From the IMG/VR virus record IMGVR_UViG_3300020187_001966: DNA of 64,000 bases; one strand, given 5' to 3'. The notes beneath the pieces are model-generated. The model saw only the letters and a list, made by a program, of their open reading frames with translations. It did not search any database and was not told where the DNA came from. Positions 8,927 through 17,849 of this stretch are shown here, piece by piece. The translations under genes and the position numbers were made by a program. This DNA is from a virus. Taxonomy: Duplodnaviria; Caudoviricetes. The stretch's first letter is position 1; every line of letters begins with the position of its first letter.

Positions 8927-9685
8927 TTACTGTAACTTTTCTAAGTTAGCAATATAATTTGTCATACTGTGGTCACTAAAGTTATCGATACCGCCTTGCT
9001 TTAGGCCCATCCACATTCCACGCCAGCGATCTTTAACACGGCGGGTTCCTTTAAGATTTGGCTTATAGTCGCCATTTGAATCTATGTAGTGTTCACAACC
9101 ATCATGTTTGTAACCCATAATAGCAAGTGGTACACGGGTAACAATATCATTGTTATTAACCCAACGTTGGTGTTTACAGTTTAAACTCTTGATAAACTTT
9201 CTCCAACCTGTACGTGGTGATCCGTATGTATACACTTCAGCAATGTTTGGCATAAGTGGATCGTCTTCACAACGGCTAGCCATAATAGTTGTCATTGCGG
9301 CACCTAAACTGTGTCCACAAAACCATGCTGTACGTTTCTTACCACACTCACGTAAATCTTCCATAACCATTGGCCATAGTTCGTCTACTTCTGTTTTAAA
9401 GCCAACGTGTACACGGCCAACAGTTTCTGCCATTACTGGAGCTGCTTTTAAGTCTGCTTTAATATCGTTAAACTCATTTGGTTGTGTTCCACGACAAGCG
9501 ATAACAATGTCTGCTTTGTTCATAAAGCGATATGCTTGAGCACCGCCATTGTTGTAAAATTCTATAGTAGTAAAACCTAATGCTTTTGCATCTTTTTTAA
9601 CTTGTTTTGTATCATCACTGTATGCTATACTTGCTAGTTTAGCAAATAGTAGACTACGTTGTTCAAAATTCATGTCTGTAATCAT
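8927..9685 (-). CDS. Class 3 lipase (alpha/beta hydrolase)
   Basis: CRGTQ, VHVGF, GHSLG nucleophile, YTYGSPR, NNDIVTRVP, terminal DHSM His; SD before ATG 9685. Confidence 0.88.
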   Translation of the reverse strand: MITDMNFEQRSLLFAKLASIAYSDDTKQVKKDAKALGFTTIEFYNNGGAQAYRFMNKADIVIACRGTQPNEFNDIKADLKAAPVMAETVGRVHVGFKTEVDELWPMVMEDLRECGKKRTAWFCGHSLGAAMTTIMASRCEDDPLMPNIAEVYTYGSPRTGWRKFIKSLNCKHQRWVNNNDIVTRVPLAIMGYKHDGCEHYIDSNGDYKPNLKGTRRVKDRWRGMWMGLKQGGIDNFSDHSMTNYIANLEKLQ

Positions 9686-9714
9686 AATAGTTTCCCTCTC
9701 ACTACAAATATTTA

Positions 9715-9743
9715 TTGACAAATGCCAAAAAAGTGTATATACT
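9715..9743 (+). promoter_or_regulatory. sigma70-type promoter
   Basis: TTGACA-17-TATACT; overlaps a divergent minus-strand TAAATA late motif. Confidence 0.65.
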
Positions 9744-9767
9744 GTTAGTTAAATATTAGGAGAATCT

Positions 9768-10523
9768 ATGAACATTTTAATCGCAGGCTACGGATTTGTA
9801 GGACATGCTCATAAAAAACTATTGAGTGAAACACACTCAGTTAGAATATATGATCCACATAAAAATTATCCATGGACAGATAATCCAGTGGATGCGTGTA
9901 TCATTAGTGTAAGTACACCTCCTGCTGATGATGGCAGTTGTGATGTAAGTAATGTTTGTGATGTGATTAGTCTGTTATCTGAAATGACACCAATCTTAAT
10001 TAAAAGTACACTAAGTTTAGAAGGTTGGCGTAAAATTAAGTTTATGTATCCTAATCATTTAATTGCGTTTAGTCCAGAGTTCTTACGTGCCGCAACTGCT
10101 GACGAAGACTTCTATAATACTAGAGAGATTTACATGGGCGGTGATAGAAAATCATTCTGGCACACATTGTTCTCTATAGCATTTAAAGATGATAAATTTA
10201 CTACGATACATGTTGATGTGGAAGAACTCATATTAACAAAATGTTTCCGTAATGCGTACTTAGCAACTAAGGTATCCTTCTTTAATCAGATACACGATCT
10301 ATGCGAGGCAACTGGTGTAAACGCAAACATGGTACTACATCTTGTAGGTGAAGATACTCGCATAGGTAGTAGTCACACAGAAGTAACAGAACAGCGTGGT
10401 TTTGGTGGTCATTGTTTTCCTAAAGACACAAGCGCCATTATTAAAACAGGTGAAAAGTATAATACAGACTTGACTTTGATCCGTAATGCTGTAGAGTATA
10501 ATAAAAGTATAAGGAGAGACTAA
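9768..10523 (+). CDS. UDP-glucose/GDP-mannose 6-dehydrogenase family (short form)
   Basis: GYGFVG, IKST, SPEFLR, GFGGHCFPKD. Confidence 0.88.
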   Translation: MNILIAGYGFVGHAHKKLLSETHSVRIYDPHKNYPWTDNPVDACIISVSTPPADDGSCDVSNVCDVISLLSEMTPILIKSTLSLEGWRKIKFMYPNHLIAFSPEFLRAATADEDFYNTREIYMGGDRKSFWHTLFSIAFKDDKFTTIHVDVEELILTKCFRNAYLATKVSFFNQIHDLCEATGVNANMVLHLVGEDTRIGSSHTEVTEQRGFGGHCFPKDTSAIIKTGEKYNTDLTLIRNAVEYNKSIRRD

Positions 10524-10783
10524 TGTTTGTAAATTATGACGGCATGACTGTTGATCAGATGCTGGAAAAACAAATTGAGCTAAAGCGTAAAGTAGCGCAA
10601 GCACATCAAAGTGGCATGAGTCCAGGTATAATTGGACAAATGCAAAATATGTTGGATGTATTAATGGTTGAGTATCAATCTCGAATAGCAAGTGATGCTG
10701 AAAAGTTGAAACGTGAACGTGCTGTTGAAGATGGCAGAGATCCCGATGCTGACAATGTAATGAATATTGGCGATGTTGAATAG
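10523..10783 (+). CDS. Hypothetical coiled-coil protein
   Basis: Coupled overlap; SD AGGAG. Confidence 0.65.
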   Translation: MFVNYDGMTVDQMLEKQIELKRKVAQAHQSGMSPGIIGQMQNMLDVLMVEYQSRIASDAEKLKRERAVEDGRDPDADNVMNIGDVE

Positions 10784-11279
10784 CGATAACGAAATCATTA
10801 TTAATGAAGATAAACTTGTAGAATTATTTCTACAGGGTAAACAAGTACACACGGTGACAATGGAAAATACAGTAAGTGTTGATAGATACAATCAGTTTTG
10901 TAGTTTGTTTCTAATTGATGAAAACATAAACGTAGAATTGCCAAATAATGGATTAGATAAGTATAATAAAGAGCTAGTTGATAATTGGTTTATGCCTGAC
11001 GAATACAAAAAAATTAACATAATTGATCACTTACTAAGTAAAACAAAAAATGAAGCTGAGTATCAACGTGTTGTTACAGAACTTACAGAGTTTGAAGAAC
11101 GTGGGTTGCTGTCACTATTACAGTATATGATGTATTTTGTTGAGTTAATGCGTGAAAACGATGTTGTAATGGGTGTAGGACGTGGATCAAGTGTTGCTAG
11201 TTATGTGTTATATCTTCTTGGTGTACACAAGATAGATAGTATTAAATACAACTTAGATTATAGGGAATTCTTTAGATGA
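10773..11279 (+). CDS. Stand-alone fragment of DNA polymerase III alpha (DnaE)
   Basis: GVGRGSSVASYVLYLLGVHKID..KYNL matches the DnaE GRGSAAGSLV motif; ORF stops before the catalytic DxD. Confidence 0.8.
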   Translation: MLNSDNEIIINEDKLVELFLQGKQVHTVTMENTVSVDRYNQFCSLFLIDENINVELPNNGLDKYNKELVDNWFMPDEYKKINIIDHLLSKTKNEAEYQRVVTELTEFEERGLLSLLQYMMYFVELMRENDVVMGVGRGSSVASYVLYLLGVHKIDSIKYNLDYREFFR

Positions 11280-11674
11280 GAAGTGTAAAAACTGCAAGAG
11301 GTAGAATGATTGACATGGCTGCTCTTGCCGCAAAAAATGAGACTGCTAGATCAGTTGGCAACGTATTAATGAATGCCAGAGGTGATAGATTAAATAGTGA
11401 CGGTACTGTAAAGTATACTGCTCAGGAGATTGCTCAAGCAGATGCGGCCCAACGGACACCAGCTACAACAACACCAATTAGTGATCCAAAACCAATTATG
11501 TCTACTCCAGCGCCAGAGCCAGCGCCAGTAGAAGAAACAGTACTAGAACCAGTAGTAGAACCTGAACCAGAAGCAGTAAGTAAAATTACTAGAACAAGAG
11601 ATGATGGTTCAAAATACGCAGAGATTGAATACGATGACGGTTCAATTGAAACATTAGAATTAGATGAGGAATAA
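11276..11674 (+). CDS. Hypothetical protein with Pro/Glu-rich linker
   Basis: Coupled overlap; NARGDRL motif. Confidence 0.7.
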   Translation: MRSVKTARGRMIDMAALAAKNETARSVGNVLMNARGDRLNSDGTVKYTAQEIAQADAAQRTPATTTPISDPKPIMSTPAPEPAPVEETVLEPVVEPEPEAVSKITRTRDDGSKYAEIEYDDGSIETLELDEE

Positions 11675-11998
11675 ATGAGACAAGTAAGAGCAACAGCAAC
11701 AAGTGTATTAGGATTTTTTGTAAACCCTCCAGGACAACATACACTTAATAGTGGACTAATTATCTTGAATGATGATGGTGAAACTCGTGGTATTAAATCA
11801 AGATACTTTGAAGTACATGATGTTGGTAGTAGAACAGAAGTTGCTAACGATGTTAAAAAAGGTGATATTGTCTGTGTAGCACACGGACGTTGGAGTCGTG
11901 GATTTAATGTCGACGATACTGATAATAGAAAACTATACGCACTAGACGCCAAAGATATCATGGGTGTGTATCATGGAGATGTTAGTAACATTGAATAG
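11675..11998 (+). CDS. GroES-like co-chaperonin
   Basis: SGLIIL mobile loop, EVHDVG, VKKGDIV, DIMGV. Confidence 0.7.
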   Translation: MRQVRATATSVLGFFVNPPGQHTLNSGLIILNDDGETRGIKSRYFEVHDVGSRTEVANDVKKGDIVCVAHGRWSRGFNVDDTDNRKLYALDAKDIMGVYHGDVSNIE

Positions 11999-12000
11999 AT

Positions 12001-12234
12001 ATGAGTAATATTATAGATTTTCCAACAGGGTTTGAATTTAAAGTACTGTTTGAACTACCTGAAGATAAAATACTACATATGAATAAAACTAAATCTGATA
12101 ACTGTCAAATTGAAATAGATGGACAATACGGTACAGCGATTGTTGATGCGTTAAATGATAATAGAGCAATTGATATATTACTAAAAGTATTTCCAGCGGC
12201 AATAATTATAAAGGCAATAAAACAAAATGAGTAG
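12001..12234 (+). CDS. Hypothetical protein
   Basis: In operon. Confidence 0.6.
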   Translation: MSNIIDFPTGFEFKVLFELPEDKILHMNKTKSDNCQIEIDGQYGTAIVDALNDNRAIDILLKVFPAAIIIKAIKQNE

Positions 12235-12397
12235 TTTTAGCGCACATTTAGAATACATCTTTCATATTACTTGTAATCATTGCAAGTGTTACTTTAGTTA
12301 CGCAGTGATGCAAAAGAAGTTTAAAATCGACAGAGGACATTGGTATTGTCCAAAGTGCGGTGCTAAAGGAAGTATTAAACTTGAAGAAGAGATATAA
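12227..12397 (+). CDS. Small Zn-ribbon protein (56 aa, not in track)
   Basis: MSSFSAHLEYIFHITCNHCK...WYCPKCG...; two CxxC pairs. Confidence 0.7.
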   Translation: MSSFSAHLEYIFHITCNHCKCYFSYAVMQKKFKIDRGHWYCPKCGAKGSIKLEEEI

Positions 12398-12590
12398 TAA
12401 TTTTAAACTTTGGTATGTACATTTACGTGCTGAAGGTCTGAGATTGTATGGATATCCTAGATACTACACCAGGTGGAAATGTTTTCAATGGGCATTTAGT
12501 AACAGTGGCACACATAATATAGACGGGTCGTATTTTACGCTCGACAAACCTAAAAATAATGTTATAGTAAAAGAAAAAGTGGAAAAGTAA
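12360..12590 (+). CDS. Hypothetical protein
   Basis: Stop abuts the clamp loader ATG; start uncertain. Confidence 0.5.
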   Translation: MLKEVLNLKKRYNNFKLWYVHLRAEGLRLYGYPRYYTRWKCFQWAFSNSGTHNIDGSYFTLDKPKNNVIVKEKVEK

Positions 12591-13505
12591 ATGAAAGAAT
12601 TATGGGTAGAAAAGTATCGTCCCAAGACTTTGTCTGAATATGTATTCAAGAATGATGGTCAAAAGAATCTTATTAATGGTTGGGTAACTGACAAAAGTAT
12701 TCCACATTTAATGTTTGCTGGAAGTGCTGGTACAGGTAAAACTACACTAGCAAAAGTCCTTATTAATGAACTAGGTGTACAACCAGCAGATGTATTGTAT
12801 ATCAACGCTAGTCGTGATAACGGTATTGAATATGTACGCAACAAGATTACTAACTTTGGTGATACAATGCCTTGGGGAGACTTTAAGGTTGTACTACTAG
12901 ACGAGGCTGATTACTTGTCTCCAGAAGCACAAGCGGCGTTACGTGGTGTAATGGAACAAAACCATCAGAGTGTACGTTTTATACTTACATGTAATTATGA
13001 TAATAAAATTATTCCAGCACTTAAAAGTCGTTGTCAAGTATTTCAGATCCAGAAACAAGACGAGACAGAGTTTTTTAATCGCATGGTAACCATACTTGAT
13101 GCTGAAGGTGTTACATATGATCCTTATATGTTGGGATCGTTTGTTGTAGCTACACAGCCAGACATGCGTAAAACTATCAATAACCTACAATCAAATGTTA
13201 TGGATGGTGTACTAACACAGCCTGAAGAAGGTGGTGACGACAGTGCTTGGTTAATTAAAATGGTAGACTTGTTTAAGAGTGGCGATATACGCAGTGCCCG
13301 TAAATTAATTATTGCTAATGCTAGACCAACTGACTACGAAGGCATCTTTAGAAAGCTATATGAGAATATAGACTGGTTTGGTGACACTCCAGATAAACAA
13401 GATGAAGCTGTTATTGTTATTCGTAATGGACTAGTTAAACATATGAGTGTAGCAGATGTTGAAATTAATCTGAGTGCTACATTAATTGAACTGCAAATGA
13501 TATGA
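12591..13505 (+). CDS. Clamp loader small subunit (RFC/gp44-like AAA+)
   Basis: WVEKYRP, GSAGTGKTT, LDEAD, SRC motifs. Confidence 0.93.
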   Translation: MKELWVEKYRPKTLSEYVFKNDGQKNLINGWVTDKSIPHLMFAGSAGTGKTTLAKVLINELGVQPADVLYINASRDNGIEYVRNKITNFGDTMPWGDFKVVLLDEADYLSPEAQAALRGVMEQNHQSVRFILTCNYDNKIIPALKSRCQVFQIQKQDETEFFNRMVTILDAEGVTYDPYMLGSFVVATQPDMRKTINNLQSNVMDGVLTQPEEGGDDSAWLIKMVDLFKSGDIRSARKLIIANARPTDYEGIFRKLYENIDWFGDTPDKQDEAVIVIRNGLVKHMSVADVEINLSATLIELQMI

Positions 13506-14044
13506 ATAAAGTAATCTTTGTTGCCCTAGCTGAAGAATTTCCTCGCAAAATGGCTCCCAAAGGTTTTAACGTTGTGTATACTGGTATCGGTAAAGTTAAC
13601 GCTACGCTAGCAGTAACACAATACTTGACTGCTAATCCACATGTTACGGCTGTTTATAATTATGGAACAGCAGGTGCTAGTGATGATAGTGTAGCAGGCG
13701 AGCTACTAGGAGTATGTAGTTTAATAGAACGAGATATGGATATCACGGCGCTTGGACTTCCGTTATATGTAACTGAAAAAGATCAAGAACAACATTTTTA
13801 CACTAGTAATCGTCAAACAAGTATTATATGTGGTACTGGTGATAGCTTTGCTAGACCAAATTTACCATATCATATTGTAGACATGGAAGCATATGCCATT
13901 GGCAGAGTGTGTGAACACTTTGGTATTCCAGAGTTTTATTGTTTTAAATATATCAGCGATACAAATAATGACTTAGATCCAGGTAAAGCCTGGAAGCAAA
14001 ATGTATCTAAAGGTGCCAAAAAATTTAGAAAAATCTTCGATTAA
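13502..14044 (+). CDS. MTA/SAH nucleosidase-like (PNP/UDP family)
   Basis: TGIGKVNA, NYGTAG, GTGDSF, VDMEAYA, KYISD. Confidence 0.85.
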   Translation: MNKVIFVALAEEFPRKMAPKGFNVVYTGIGKVNATLAVTQYLTANPHVTAVYNYGTAGASDDSVAGELLGVCSLIERDMDITALGLPLYVTEKDQEQHFYTSNRQTSIICGTGDSFARPNLPYHIVDMEAYAIGRVCEHFGIPEFYCFKYISDTNNDLDPGKAWKQNVSKGAKKFRKIFD

Positions 14045-14058
14045 TCTTAAAAAACCGG

Positions 14059-14087
14059 TTGACAACTAATCCTTTATATCGTATATT
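14059..14087 (+). promoter_or_regulatory. sigma70-type promoter
   Basis: TTGACA-17-TATATT. Confidence 0.7.
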
Positions 14088-14163
14088 GTAATTGTAGCTA
14101 ATGATAGTTACAGATGCTCATTCCAGAGCAATATAACATAAACCGTAAAAGGATATACTAACT

Positions 14164-15381
14164 ATGCAATTTATGCAATCAACACGCACAGAAAATGCGA
14201 CATACGCCGCAGGTGTCAACGACAAGTTTAATACAGACAAAGATGACATCCTAACATTAGAAAAACGATTCACAGAATCACTAATGGCAAAAGATCCAGA
14301 TTTAGCTGAATGGCTAACAGGAATGTTACAAGAATTCCGGGATCGTTACCCCCAATATGAAAAGTTTACAGACATGTACCCAGATATGGTACAGATGGCT
14401 CCTAACAAAAAGGACCGTATTACACTTGGGCAACTACTAATTAATGCTACTATCCAGCGAGAAACAGACATTGACTGGATTGTAGATATTCTCGGCAAAT
14501 TTGACCCGTTCTTTGTAAACATCATCCGTATCTACCCTAGTGAACAAAATGACAAGTATCTTATTTGGGATGGTGCACACACAACATATACACTAATTTG
14601 TTTAGCTATGTATGCATTTGGCATGTCATGGGAAGAAGCAATGGAACTTGAAGTACCAGTTGCTATCTATCCAGGCAAGCGAGTTGCTAAACTACGCCAA
14701 CGTTTTATTGGTGTACACGACAACACAATGACTAAACCTCTTGACAAGATTGACTTGTACATGCAGTATGTATGGGCAGTACGTAACAACGGAGATACTG
14801 ATCCTTGGTCAATGCGTTTTGAAGAGATTCAAACTGCAATGGAAGAGTTTAATTGCTTCTTTACACACAACAAGTTTGGTGACACTGGACAGCCAGGTGC
14901 TATTAGCCGTCCTTCAGAAATCTTCCCTACAGGACGTGATGTTAACAAATGGAAAAGCAGTGTACTACGTCGAGTATTCCAGTATCATACACTAAGCAAT
15001 CCAGATGCGCCAGTTGAACCCCTAGAAATTGACAACATGGCACACATCTTCCGTGCTTGTGATCAACAGGGCATTGTAGTTGATGATGATTATGTTAAGG
15101 CTGTTGTAAAATACTTAGGTGTTGTAACAAACAATACTTGGGCAAAAGGCTATAACCAAACTCGCAACCGGAAACACAAAATGATTATGGATGCTTACCA
15201 GGGTTGGTTAAAGCGTCAGCATTATCGTATTCGTGAGAACTACAATACACGTTGTAACCAAACAGAAGTTGCGCCAACTTGGTTGTGTCAAGCAATAGAG
15301 GCTGCAGGCTTCCCATTCGAATTGCCAGTGTTTATTGGCAAGTATGCATACGAGTTTAATGCAAAAGAATTGGGGGTGTAA
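14164..15381 (+). CDS. ParB/Srx-superfamily-like protein (DGQH-type motif)
   Basis: IQR..W followed by YLIWDGAHT. Confidence 0.55.
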   Translation: MQFMQSTRTENATYAAGVNDKFNTDKDDILTLEKRFTESLMAKDPDLAEWLTGMLQEFRDRYPQYEKFTDMYPDMVQMAPNKKDRITLGQLLINATIQRETDIDWIVDILGKFDPFFVNIIRIYPSEQNDKYLIWDGAHTTYTLICLAMYAFGMSWEEAMELEVPVAIYPGKRVAKLRQRFIGVHDNTMTKPLDKIDLYMQYVWAVRNNGDTDPWSMRFEEIQTAMEEFNCFFTHNKFGDTGQPGAISRPSEIFPTGRDVNKWKSSVLRRVFQYHTLSNPDAPVEPLEIDNMAHIFRACDQQGIVVDDDYVKAVVKYLGVVTNNTWAKGYNQTRNRKHKMIMDAYQGWLKRQHYRIRENYNTRCNQTEVAPTWLCQAIEAAGFPFELPVFIGKYAYEFNAKELGV

Positions 15382-15382
15382 T

Positions 15383-15823
15383 ATGAGTTTACGTGATCCC
15401 AAAATGGATATGCTAAAGGAGGGGTTATCTCTCCGGAAGGCAAGAAAGACTCGTTGCACGATTGATGGCTGTAACAACTTTTTAACAGCATACCAAGGAC
15501 CAGGTAGTGATACACTGTGTCGTGAACATCAGAAAAACTTATCTGATTACGGCGGTATGGCAACTACTAAAAAAGTATACAGCCACAGTCGTGAGACACA
15601 TTGTGAAAGTTGTGGTTACACACCATATAACGATGAACAGATTCAAGCAGTAGAAGATCTTAAAATGCGCAATCAGATTATTCGTTATGTATTGCATGTA
15701 GATCATATTGATGGCAATCATTTGAACAATGCGCCTGAAAACTTACAAACACTGTGCAGTCGTTGCCACAGTATTAAGACAGTTATTAATGGCGATACAC
15801 TGACACCACGTATAGCAGTATAA
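15383..15823 (+). CDS. HNH endonuclease with Zn-binding motifs
   Basis: CESCG ... HVDHIDGNHLNNAPENLQTLCSRCH. Confidence 0.85.
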   Translation: MSLRDPKMDMLKEGLSLRKARKTRCTIDGCNNFLTAYQGPGSDTLCREHQKNLSDYGGMATTKKVYSHSRETHCESCGYTPYNDEQIQAVEDLKMRNQIIRYVLHVDHIDGNHLNNAPENLQTLCSRCHSIKTVINGDTLTPRIAV

Positions 15824-15838
15824 AATTATAAACTATTG

Positions 15839-15865
15839 AAAAGGCAGAAAACTTTTTTGCCTTTT
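15839..15865 (+). terminator. Probable intrinsic terminator
   Basis: AAAAGGCA ... TGCCTTTT inverted repeat. Confidence 0.55.
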
Positions 15866-15869
15866 CCTG

Positions 15870-15898
15870 TTGACACCAAGACGTTTTGGTGCTATATT
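15870..15898 (+). promoter_or_regulatory. sigma70-type promoter with palindromic spacer
   Basis: TTGACA-CCAAGACGTTTTGGTGC-TATATT. Confidence 0.7.
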
Positions 15899-15924
15899 AT
15901 AATGGTAACAAAGAGGAAATTAAT

Positions 15925-16356
15925 ATGTTTGATCAAACTGTAAAATTTGAAGATGTAAGCGCAGAAACAATCGCAATGGAAGATGTTGTATTTACAGACG
16001 TAGATGCTGATACACTATCAATGGAGTATTGGAACGACATGCAAACTGAACTAGGATATGAGACTGTATGGTCCATGTGGGAGTTTTCAGATATTGACCA
16101 AAACATTTTCAACGAGGGTGTTAAGCGTATTTGCTATAGATTTTATGATCAAGCATCAACTGTTGAAGAACTACAAAACAACACTGCTAAAGAAATTGAA
16201 GTGAGCGCATTTGCTCCAAGTGGTAGTGTTCGTGATATATGGCGTGCTGCTGAGTCTTGTTACCAACAAGCAAAACAACTTGGTGATTGGCATGTCTTCA
16301 TTGAAGATTGTGAAGTTCGTGAAGATGGATCATATGAACTTTGGATGGGATCATGA
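15925..16356 (+). CDS. Hypothetical acidic early protein
   Basis: GAGG SD; WHVFIED C-terminus. Confidence 0.7.
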   Translation: MFDQTVKFEDVSAETIAMEDVVFTDVDADTLSMEYWNDMQTELGYETVWSMWEFSDIDQNIFNEGVKRICYRFYDQASTVEELQNNTAKEIEVSAFAPSGSVRDIWRAAESCYQQAKQLGDWHVFIEDCEVREDGSYELWMGS

Positions 16357-16589
16357 AAATCCAAATCGACGGATTAAATGATAAGCAAGTCCAGATGCTA
16401 GATAAACTTTGGACTTGTGATACCACTGATGATGTGTTGGAATGGATGAACACACTCAGCAAAGAAGATTTTTTTATGGCAGTCACACTTCAGGAAATGA
16501 TACTTGACGAAATGCTAACAATGCCTGCTGAAGAAAACGTTAGCGATGCTCGTAAAATGTTATCAGATATTGGAATAAAATGTACATAA
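16353..16589 (+). CDS. Hypothetical protein
   Basis: Coupled overlap. Confidence 0.65.
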   Translation: MKIQIDGLNDKQVQMLDKLWTCDTTDDVLEWMNTLSKEDFFMAVTLQEMILDEMLTMPAEENVSDARKMLSDIGIKCT

Positions 16590-16696
16590 TTACTGGCTTC
16601 TTTCCTGATAGAATAGTTCGCAAAGTCTTTAATGACATTTGTGACGCAATAGAGTATCGTGACGATTTAGATGCTCACTATATAAAGGTTCTATAG
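16580..16696 (+). CDS. Small hypothetical protein (38 aa, not in track)
   Basis: MYIITGFFPDRIVRKVFNDICDAIEYRDDLDAHYIKVL*; fills the gap. Confidence 0.5.
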   Translation: MYIITGFFPDRIVRKVFNDICDAIEYRDDLDAHYIKVL

Positions 16697-16701
16697 GAAA
16701 C

Positions 16702-17022
16702 ATGCTAGATGATCATGCCGCAGAAAAGTTTGCTGAAAACATAAACATGATGGTGCCTTGGTATCTCATGGCATCATATGCTTACTACAAAGAGGATGAT
16801 GCTATTTTGTCGGATGGCTTCTTTGACGAAATGGGCAAGACAATGTTGGCTGTTTGGGACGACATTGAACACTTCCACAAAGAACATATTAGTAAGGGCG
16901 ACTTAGAAGCAGGCACTTTCTTGGGCAAGTATCCAAGTCGTGTAGAAGGTGGTCTTAATAGTCTTAGAGAAACTTACTTTACTAAAGACGGAAAATTAAG
17001 AAAAAAACCGAAAAAAAAGTAA
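16702..17022 (+). CDS. Stand-alone NAD-dependent DNA ligase domain-Ia-like protein
   Basis: SYAYYKEDDAILSDGFFD resembles the LigA Ia motif YY..D.P.ISD..YD. Confidence 0.55.
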   Translation: MLDDHAAEKFAENINMMVPWYLMASYAYYKEDDAILSDGFFDEMGKTMLAVWDDIEHFHKEHISKGDLEAGTFLGKYPSRVEGGLNSLRETYFTKDGKLRKKPKKK

Positions 17023-17030
17023 ATTAGGGC

Positions 17031-17059
17031 TTGACAACCAAGACGTCTTACTGTATAGT
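17031..17059 (+). promoter_or_regulatory. Conserved early promoter, copy 1
   Basis: TTGACA-ACCAAGACGTCTTACTG-TATAGT. Confidence 0.8.
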
Positions 17060-17097
17060 ATATGTATAAGTTAAGCAAATACGGAGTGAGAACCAAG

Positions 17098-17442
17098 ATG
17101 CAAAATGAAATTCAAAAACTAATCCAAAAAGCTAAAGAAGATTACACTAAGTTTGTAATGTCCGGTGGACGTGGTATGCCAGATCCAGATAGTTACTTTG
17201 GTAAAACACTTGCTAACTTTGAAAATAGTTTTGAGATCAAAGAAGGCAGCAAATATATTAAACTTGTCCGTGATGGTGGTGTTTGGGGCTTTATTGTTAA
17301 AACTGATAATGATAAACTGTTCCAAAAAGGTGATATTTTGAAAGCGGCTGGTTACAATACACCTGCTCGTAACAAAGCACGTGGTAACATTTTTGCTGAT
17401 TCATTCAGTGTTGCTTGGACTGGTCCACATTACTTGAACTAA
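17098..17442 (+). CDS. Conserved phage hypothetical protein
   Basis: KYIK..VWGFIV..GDILKAAGYNTPARNKARGNI..WTGPHYL. Confidence 0.75.
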   Translation: MQNEIQKLIQKAKEDYTKFVMSGGRGMPDPDSYFGKTLANFENSFEIKEGSKYIKLVRDGGVWGFIVKTDNDKLFQKGDILKAAGYNTPARNKARGNIFADSFSVAWTGPHYLN

Positions 17443-17448
17443 GGAGTC
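17418..17448 (+). repeat. 31-bp direct repeat, copy 1
   Basis: GACTGGTCCACATTACTTGAACTAAGGAGTC identical to 17815-17845. Confidence 0.95.
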
Positions 17449-17452
17449 GCAA

Positions 17453-17797
17453 ATGACACCAGTACTTTACATAATGACTGATTATATTAAATGCGAAGTT
17501 GATGCTAATGGTTCTAAGTTTTATTACTTAAATGATGAACTCCATCGTGAAGATGGACCAGCCATTGAGCATAGTAGTGGTAAGAAGTATTGGTGGTTAA
17601 ATGGTAAACGCTTAACAGAAGAAGAGTTTAATAAGCGTATGGTACCTACAGTAGAAATGACTATGGATATTATTGACTTGCCAACGCTGGAACAGCAAGT
17701 AAGCAACGACATTGCAACTGCACAGGTAACTGTTGCTGAATTTTGGCAATGGTTGCTGAACGATGAAAATCAACACAATCCAATGGAGTGTTTGTAA
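17453..17797 (+). CDS. Protein with LHREDGPA (MORN-like) repeat
   Basis: YYLNDELHREDGPAIEHSSGKKYWWLNGK. Confidence 0.7.
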   Translation: MTPVLYIMTDYIKCEVDANGSKFYYLNDELHREDGPAIEHSSGKKYWWLNGKRLTEEEFNKRMVPTVEMTMDIIDLPTLEQQVSNDIATAQVTVAEFWQWLLNDENQHNPMECL

Positions 17798-17814
17798 TGT
17801 ATCAACGATATGAA

Positions 17815-17845
17815 GACTGGTCCACATTACTTGAACTAAGGAGTC
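17815..17845 (+). repeat. 31-bp direct repeat, copy 2
   Basis: Identical to 17418-17448. Confidence 0.95.
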
Positions 17846-17849
17846 TTAA

